A stretch of DNA of 64,000 bases, from positions 1-64,000 of the IMG/VR virus record IMGVR_UViG_3300001605_000029; one strand, 5' to 3'. Below, piece after piece: positions 58,303 to 64,000 of the stretch. The notes beneath the pieces were generated by a model that was not told the origin of the DNA, made no database searches, and worked only from the letters and a program-made list of their open reading frames with translations. Made by a program: the position numbers and the translations under genes. Numbering within the stretch: the first letter of the stretch is position 1; the number at the start of each line of letters is the position of its first letter. The stretch comes from an uncultured virus (IMG/VR IMGVR_UViG_3300001605_000029) (lineage: Duplodnaviria; Heunggongvirae; Uroviricota; Caudoviricetes).

Positions 58303-58602
58303 ATGTTAATATCGACTATTATAGCATACTTTGCTGAATTGTTCAAGCGGGTTGATAAGCCCGGAACATACGGCAGCGAATTGGAACAGTACATTGTTTC
58401 AAAAAATCCCGGCAGCGTAGCGGAAATCGAATTCTGGACTACACAATACGACAGAAATACAACAAAAAGAGGATGGCCACTATGAAAAAGTTTTTTAATT
58501 TAATTTACCAAATATGTCTAAGCATAGGTCAGGCAAGAGCTGCTGCCGAGTTAAGTCGTCATGGTCTTCATGAAGAAGCCAAAGCCTTGTTATTGAAATA
58601 AC
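58303..58602 (+). CDS. Two small proteins (58303-58485 DUF3563-like; 58482-58602)
   Basis: RBS AAGGA, ATGA coupling. Confidence 0.6.
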
Positions 58603-59175
58603 ATGCATTTAGTCTATAGACTTCGTCCGGACGAGTACAGTAGATATCGCAAGCATCTATTAGCATTGGATGCTGACAGTAGATACACTCGTTTTGGCTA
58701 CATGATCAAAGACGAAGTTATAGAGCAACTATGCGATCGATTCGAAGCTGATCCCAAAAACCATAAAATCTTTGTTATTGAAAACGAACAGTTGGAAGTG
58801 GTAGCAGCAGGACACATAGCATTAGAAGATGAGACTACCGAATTGGCGTTTTCAGTATTAAAAGAGTATCGCAAGCAAGGCATGGGCGATGCACTGATGA
58901 GACGCACTATTGAGTGGTGTCAGAATCGCAACATTAAAGGTGGCTGCATGGTCTGCCTTAGTACTAATGCTGCTATCAAAGCACTGGCCAAAAAGCACGG
59001 GGTGCTGATCAATCAAGGTGGCGAGACTATGGCAAATATTGAAATACCTCACAGCACGGCGGCCAGTATAATGAACGAAGCAGTTGATAGTAATCTTGCT
59101 AGACTGGATCACTTGGGCAAACTGCATCGCAATTTTGTCAAAACAATCACATTGCCTTTGCTTTTTACAAAATAA
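58603..59175 (+). CDS. GNAT acetyltransferase
   Basis: ELAFSV..EYRKQGMG..LM, N.AIKALAKK. Confidence 0.88.
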   Translation: MHLVYRLRPDEYSRYRKHLLALDADSRYTRFGYMIKDEVIEQLCDRFEADPKNHKIFVIENEQLEVVAAGHIALEDETTELAFSVLKEYRKQGMGDALMRRTIEWCQNRNIKGGCMVCLSTNAAIKALAKKHGVLINQGGETMANIEIPHSTAASIMNEAVDSNLARLDHLGKLHRNFVKTITLPLLFTK

Positions 59176-59243
59176 AGATATATACTAATACAAGCAGCAG
59201 ATATTGTTGCTTGTAGTAACATACACAAACACAGGAGAAAAAT

Positions 59244-59468
59244 ATGTTTACACCAGACGCTATCATCGACTCTATCCAGAGCAGCAAAAAACAATTTGTC
59301 AATACATTCGTTACTGACAAAAAGTTCCAAACAGAATTGCATAAACTCATTGACGCTCAAGCCGAAGCTGCAAAAACTTCAGTCAAGGCATCTACAGCTA
59401 TTGCTCAAGCATTTACCTCGCAAGCAACAACTACAATGAAGCAGTTCGTTCCTACCTACACTAAGTAA
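59244..59468 (+). CDS. Small helical, possibly phasin-like protein
   Basis: Strong RBS, amphipathic Ala/Gln-rich helix. Confidence 0.55.
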   Translation: MFTPDAIIDSIQSSKKQFVNTFVTDKKFQTELHKLIDAQAEAAKTSVKASTAIAQAFTSQATTTMKQFVPTYTK

Positions 59469-59496
59469 TCATAAACATACACACAGGAAAAATATT

Positions 59497-59766
59497 ATGT
59501 CAGATTTTAATACACCCAAGCTACCAGAAGTAAAATTCAATAAGAACGGATACGAAATCCGCACAGACATTCTAGCAATGGCCAAAGACATGGTACAACA
59601 AGACTTCCAAGTTAAGTTTGCCGGTTGGGAAATGACTGCCGAACGAGATGAGAAGACTGGGCAAATCGTTAGCAAGGTCAATATGCCAGAGTTTCCGGGA
59701 CTTGAGAAAGTCTTAGAAACCGCTGAAAAGATGTACAGTTTTGTAAATAGTGGTACTAAGAAGTAA
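59497..59766 (+). CDS. Conserved phage hypothetical protein
   Basis: KNGYEIRTDILAMAK...AEKMYSFV. Confidence 0.78.
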   Translation: MSDFNTPKLPEVKFNKNGYEIRTDILAMAKDMVQQDFQVKFAGWEMTAERDEKTGQIVSKVNMPEFPGLEKVLETAEKMYSFVNSGTKK

Positions 59767-59836
59767 TTATATTAATTCCCGTGAGGGATGAAGAATTTAT
59801 TATATCGGTGCATAGCACATTATTATACTAGTAAAG

Positions 59837-59862
59837 AAAAAGGGCCCCGAAGGGCCCTTTTT
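59837..59862. terminator. Bidirectional terminator
   Basis: AAAAAGGGCCC CGAA GGGCCCTTTTT between convergent genes. Confidence 0.85.
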
Positions 59863-60566
59863 CATGATCTAACTTTGGCTAATTTAAAAAATTCAAATAT
59901 TTTAAACCACATCCAGCCAATATCAAACTCAAACCATCGACGACTTAGTTTAGGGTTTGCAGGTTCCAAGTGGTGGTTATTGTGCAACTCTTCCCCACCG
60001 ATTAGTATACCCCAAGGGCTGACATTCCTACTGTGATCCTTAGTTTCGCCATTGCGATATCCCCACCAGTGGCCAATACCGTTAATAAATCCGGCGGCCC
60101 AGAATGGGATCCAAATAAGTTGTACACCCCACACCAGGAATCCCCATGGCCCAAATAATAAAACGTCTATGACCAACATTAAGAGAATACCATAGCGGTG
60201 ATATGGTGTGTACACATTGCGTTCAATCCAATCTTTGGGGGTGCCGGCACCATACTTGACAATCATTGTGGCGTCTTTACCTGCAAGTTTATAATACTTG
60301 ACTCCCCCGAATACTAGATTCCAAATTCCGAATACGTGTGGACTATGAGGATCGCCCTCGACGTCTGTGTTTTGATGATGTTTACGATGTATTGCTACCC
60401 ATTGTTTGGTAGTCATTCCTGTAGTCATCCAAAGCCAGAAACGCATAAAATGACTTAATATTGGATGAAATTCAATTCCTCGATGTGCTTGATTTCTGTG
60501 TAGGTATAGTGTAACGCAGATAATAGTGATGTGTGTCACCATCAGTGTATATATTAGTTGTATCAT
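59862..60566 (-). CDS. Fatty acid (acyl-CoA delta-9-like) desaturase
   Basis: His boxes HRNQAH, HRKHH, HNNHH. Confidence 0.92.
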   Translation of the reverse strand: MIQLIYTLMVTHITIICVTLYLHRNQAHRGIEFHPILSHFMRFWLWMTTGMTTKQWVAIHRKHHQNTDVEGDPHSPHVFGIWNLVFGGVKYYKLAGKDATMIVKYGAGTPKDWIERNVYTPYHRYGILLMLVIDVLLFGPWGFLVWGVQLIWIPFWAAGFINGIGHWWGYRNGETKDHSRNVSPWGILIGGEELHNNHHLEPANPKLSRRWFEFDIGWMWFKIFEFFKLAKVRS

Positions 60567-60625
60567 CTAGTATTTACCCGGATTTAGCGGTTGACAAGTT
60601 AAATGCTAGATTTTATAATAAAAAG

Positions 60626-60856
60626 ATGCAGAAAACAAACGAAATCATACAATGGCTAGGTGCTGGTTTAATCATCCTAGGACATATGTTTAATAGTATC
60701 GGACCATCAACATATCCTTGGAACATTGTAGTGTTTTCTCTAGGTGCTCTAATGTTTTTAATCTGGTCCATTAGAGTTTCAAACAAACCTCAATTTGCTG
60801 TTAACGCTGTTTCGTTAACAATTATCTTCATTGGACTTTATAAGGCTTTTTCATGA
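60626..60856 (+). CDS. Small membrane protein
   Basis: Three hydrophobic segments; start MQKTN after TTGACA-17-TATAAT. Confidence 0.7.
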   Translation: MQKTNEIIQWLGAGLIILGHMFNSIGPSTYPWNIVVFSLGALMFLIWSIRVSNKPQFAVNAVSLTIIFIGLYKAFS

Positions 60857-61440
60857 AAAACAAAATTATCCTCACGGACATCGACGGTGTGGCACTCGAC
60901 TGGGAATATGCATTCGATGTGTGGATGCTACAACACGGATTTAACAAAGTAGAGGGCGGCAATCTAAAGTATGATATTGGCAAACGCTATGGCATCGATA
61001 AGGATCAGGCAAAAAAGTTAATTCGCATGTTTAACGAAAGTGCAGCCATTGGGTTCCTGCCGCCTTTGCGTGATGCTATGTATTATATTAAACGACTTCA
61101 CGAAGAACACGGTTTTGTATTTCATGCAATTACAAGTTTGAGTAAGGATGAGAATGCTCAAGCACTTCGCTGTATGAATTTAAAGAAATTGTTCGGAGAA
61201 ACTGCGTTTGAAAAGTTTGTATTTCTGGACACCGGAGCCGACAAGGATGACGCATTGGAACCTTATCGAGACAGTGGATTATTTTGGATTGAAGACAAGA
61301 CAGTCAATTGTGAACTTGGACATCGTCTGGGATTAAAAAGTATATTGATGCTGCATGGACACAGTTTGGATTATGTAAATCCCGACATTCCTGTGGTTAA
61401 GAATTGGAAAGAGATCTACAACAATATTGTAGGAACGTAA
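60853..61440 (+). CDS. HAD-superfamily phosphatase/5'-nucleotidase-like protein
   Basis: ILTDIDGV, ITS, K, WIEDK. Confidence 0.85.
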   Translation: MKNKIILTDIDGVALDWEYAFDVWMLQHGFNKVEGGNLKYDIGKRYGIDKDQAKKLIRMFNESAAIGFLPPLRDAMYYIKRLHEEHGFVFHAITSLSKDENAQALRCMNLKKLFGETAFEKFVFLDTGADKDDALEPYRDSGLFWIEDKTVNCELGHRLGLKSILMLHGHSLDYVNPDIPVVKNWKEIYNNIVGT

Positions 61441-61462
61441 AAAAAGCCCCGGAAGGGGCTTT
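61439..61462. terminator. Bidirectional terminator
   Basis: AAAAAAAGCCCC GGAA GGGGCTTT. Confidence 0.85.
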
Positions 61463-61469
61463 CTTGTAT

Positions 61470-61570
61470 TAGTGGTCACTTAGAACGCCATTCCCGGGCA
61501 CGACTCCGATAACGTTCTGCCCAGCACCCGGGCCACACTTGTAACGCAAAGCGTTCCTAAGGTAGTGTGA
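61470..61570 (-). ncRNA. Candidate small structured RNA in 3' UTR
   Basis: CACACT/AGTGTG, AACGC/GCGTT, GCCC/GGGC, AGAACGTTAT/ATGGCGTTCT. Confidence 0.5.
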
Positions 61571-61572
61571 TC

Positions 61573-62715
61573 TTAATAAAGCAGGTCTTCCTGTTGATCA
61601 GGTTCTCTTTCAAATGTAAACTCGTCTAGATTAACATTTGGATGACGGGCTTGTAACTTATCTTTTACATCTTGTTTGTTATCTCCATTGATTCGAGCAG
61701 TACGACCGCTGACTGTATGAGTTACTAGATAAGTTCCCGGGCCGTCTGTTACATCTTCGGCTTCATCGGCCTTGGAAGCATAGGACTGCGGATATTTTCT
61801 CTGTAGATCATTTACAGCCTTGTCAATGTCATAGCCTTCGCCAGTGCCGGTAATTTCAACACTGGCTTCTTTTATTTCTTCAGCTTTGGCCTGTATTGCA
61901 CCGGCAATTTTTTTCATCAACCCCGGAAATAAGTTAGCAAATCTATCGTCATTCCATTGGACATCATGTCTGCGAGTCTGATCACTGTCAACGATCTGAT
62001 TTGTTGCAGCATGAATTTGCCACTTGCCTTCGTTGGTTCCCATGTTACTTTTGTCAGTGACAGAAATAATAGGTCCCCCTGGGGCATAATTCTTAAACCA
62101 ACTTAGACCAGAACTGGACCCTGTACAGAAGTTACTTTGATAACCTGCTGCATTATTAAAAGTATAACAAGCACCGTAGTTTAGTGGTATTACAACATTA
62201 TATCTTTCGTTGTCGATCAGTACGATTTCTTTTTTATCTCGCTTGTGCTTTTCGATTATTTCAGCATCCTTGATACGAGCAAGGTCGCTTCGATAATCTG
62301 AGCTGCGTACAATTTTTTGAATCTGTGCAAGATTTTTAAATTTATTAAAATCTTGATGTGCTGGCTGTAATCTGCCTCGAGTGCTTAGGGCTTTCCATGC
62401 ACCCAGAGCATCACCACCTTCTCCGTTGATATCTTCGTAATCAACGGCACCATTCATGTATAAACGTGTTAACCAATCATCAAACTTACCGTCGGCACTT
62501 ATGTCCCCGTAGTCAGTTGTTCTCAAGCTGGCGTCTAAAATATCACTCCATAGCTTTAGTATTTGTTGATCTTCAGGCTTTGGTCCAAGCGAGGCAATCT
62601 TGCTTCTTGGCAAAGTACCGTCGTGACGCATAGCAATTCCCAACATTTTTATAACCTTGGGATCTTTAATCTTAGCCGCAACGTTGGCTTCTGTAAAAAC
62701 TTTAGTGATTCTCAT
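61573..62715 (-). CDS. Hypothetical protein
   Basis: 380-aa ORF, FCTG and KWQIH motifs. Confidence 0.78.
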   Translation of the reverse strand: MRITKVFTEANVAAKIKDPKVIKMLGIAMRHDGTLPRSKIASLGPKPEDQQILKLWSDILDASLRTTDYGDISADGKFDDWLTRLYMNGAVDYEDINGEGGDALGAWKALSTRGRLQPAHQDFNKFKNLAQIQKIVRSSDYRSDLARIKDAEIIEKHKRDKKEIVLIDNERYNVVIPLNYGACYTFNNAAGYQSNFCTGSSSGLSWFKNYAPGGPIISVTDKSNMGTNEGKWQIHAATNQIVDSDQTRRHDVQWNDDRFANLFPGLMKKIAGAIQAKAEEIKEASVEITGTGEGYDIDKAVNDLQRKYPQSYASKADEAEDVTDGPGTYLVTHTVSGRTARINGDNKQDVKDKLQARHPNVNLDEFTFEREPDQQEDLLY

Positions 62716-63575
62716 CCTGATATCAACGTCCTTTTAAAGAATGACAAAATAGTGCCTAATTTTTTTGTATCGCCTTCGGAAATATCTTGTAATATCTGCT
62801 GTGGGCCACGAGAGAATTCAGAAGTCATTCCTCTGTAGTCTTTACTAATTTCACCAGTTGTCTCTGGATAATAATGACTTGCGGTCATTAATACTGCGGT
62901 ACTAACTGCGTCCACTATAATACTGGGAGTATCTCCGGACTCAATACCGTCGAGAGCAATATCAAGCGATTCGAGATAAATTAATTTCTTTTTTGCTTTT
63001 GTAAACGCATCGTTCTTGATCATGTTAGCGATCATTCCTTTGATGTCTGCTTGGGCAGCAACAATTCCCTTAACCCATAACGGTTTAAATTTATTAACGA
63101 TTGCTTGTTTTGTTAGCTGTTGCGGACCTGTAGTGGCGGTATTTTTTTCACGTTGTCTTTGCTTTCGGCTAACTTCACCGGTATCTGTACCAACGAAAAT
63201 TCTAGTAACATTGCCAATAGTTCTTTTAAAAAAATCTAAAATATTGCCACCGCGATCGTTGTTAAATGCTTCGGGGGTTCCGCCGGTGCTGGCCACAGCC
63301 CTGTAAGCTCCGCTCTCGGCTCGAATAGCTCCCACGCCTCGCTTACCGTGGACAATTACCCACGCACCTTTGGCAGCATCTTTTAAAACGCTCCAACTGA
63401 TTTTTTCAATTTCTTTATAGTCTTGGTCGTGTGCCAAGTTCCTAGCATGTAGGTATTGTATTACCTGTTTTCCGCCGGGTTTTGATTGTACGAGTCCCAT
63501 AGAGGAACTGGCCTCTGGTAGGACGCTTTCGCACATTATTGCAAATAATTTATAAGATTCTGGACTCATGTTCAT
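62712..63575 (-). CDS. Hypothetical protein
   Basis: 287-aa ORF. Confidence 0.78.
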   Translation of the reverse strand: MNMSPESYKLFAIMCESVLPEASSSMGLVQSKPGGKQVIQYLHARNLAHDQDYKEIEKISWSVLKDAAKGAWVIVHGKRGVGAIRAESGAYRAVASTGGTPEAFNNDRGGNILDFFKRTIGNVTRIFVGTDTGEVSRKQRQREKNTATTGPQQLTKQAIVNKFKPLWVKGIVAAQADIKGMIANMIKNDAFTKAKKKLIYLESLDIALDGIESGDTPSIIVDAVSTAVLMTASHYYPETTGEISKDYRGMTSEFSRGPQQILQDISEGDTKKLGTILSFFKRTLISG

Positions 63576-63577
63576 AT

Positions 63578-64000
63578 TTATCTATCTAGTCTTCGAGGCT
63601 GTTCTCTACGTGGAGCATCTAACTGTGCAGTATTTTCGGCATCTAAACTGTCCGACTCGGGCCAAGAGTAAATGTAAGTTCCAAATTCATCTCGGACCAA
63701 GAACCAACGAATTCCGCCTGCTCGATATTGTTTAATTTCAGCACTGTACCCGGGAATGGTAGTATCGAAATCGATATCACCTGTACTAACTTCTTCGCCG
63801 TTTTCTCTAGCCCAATTGGCTACAGCATTAACTTCAGCTGTGCTGTTAGGTCCACGACCGCCTAAATTTCCCAACATCCAAATGTTTTCAGTTGGTGTGT
63901 TGGTAAAGCTACGGAACAGAGCCTTACCTAGTGTGCGAATAGCACGACTCATATTGCCCGGAAGATTAGCAACTTTGTGAAAGTCTGGTTCTTGAACTCC
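63578..64000 (-). CDS. Hypothetical protein, 5' truncated by window
   Basis: Frame appears open to window edge. Confidence 0.7.
   Translation of the reverse strand, partial: GVQEPDFHKVANLPGNMSRAIRTLGKALFRSFTNTPTENIWMLGNLGGRGPNSTAEVNAVANWARENGEEVSTGDIDFDTTIPGYSAEIKQYRAGGIRWFLVRDEFGTYIYSWPESDSLDAENTAQLDAPRREQPRRLDR

Noticed and set aside
1..64000. Stop-codon reassignment
   Set aside because: Long genes read fully in the standard code, breaks are frame changes rather than in-frame stops, and no suppressor tRNA is visible.

Overview
Fragment of a large AT-rich tailed-phage (jumbo, T4-like myovirus style) genome, coded almost entirely on the minus strand. The host is probably a betaproteobacterium (inferred from the DnaK signature and the tmRNA tag ANDSQFALAA). 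Contents from left to right: (1) A 3.3-kb array of 22 canonical tRNAs plus one atypical CAT tRNA, interspersed with aberrant tRNA-like RNAs and other structured RNAs. It is preceded by what looks like a ribosome-sensing attenuator whose 51-codon leader uses all 20 amino acids. (2) clpP, a ~480-nt ornate ncRNA candidate and a tandem family of small 'F.LKW' proteins. (3) A curli-like operon (csgF, csgG, curlin-repeat proteins) linked to FecR and a CHASE2 adenylate cyclase. (4) Heme oxygenase plus bilin reductase, clpS, hsp20 and dnaK with twin ROSE-like leaders, bS21 and a cell-wall hydrolase. (5) An oxygenase/radical-SAM island, ahpCF with an OxyR-like box, a permuted two-piece tmRNA, cspA and a PAAR-amidase fusion. 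(6) nrdB and an nrdA split by a GIY-YIG endonuclease with no visible intron or intein. (7) Virion and head-internal genes including a YafQ-like RNase, and a GNAT/phasin/desaturase block. Several genes are broken by frameshifts, some next to N bases, most likely assembly errors. All calls come from reading the sequence by eye; no database searches were run.
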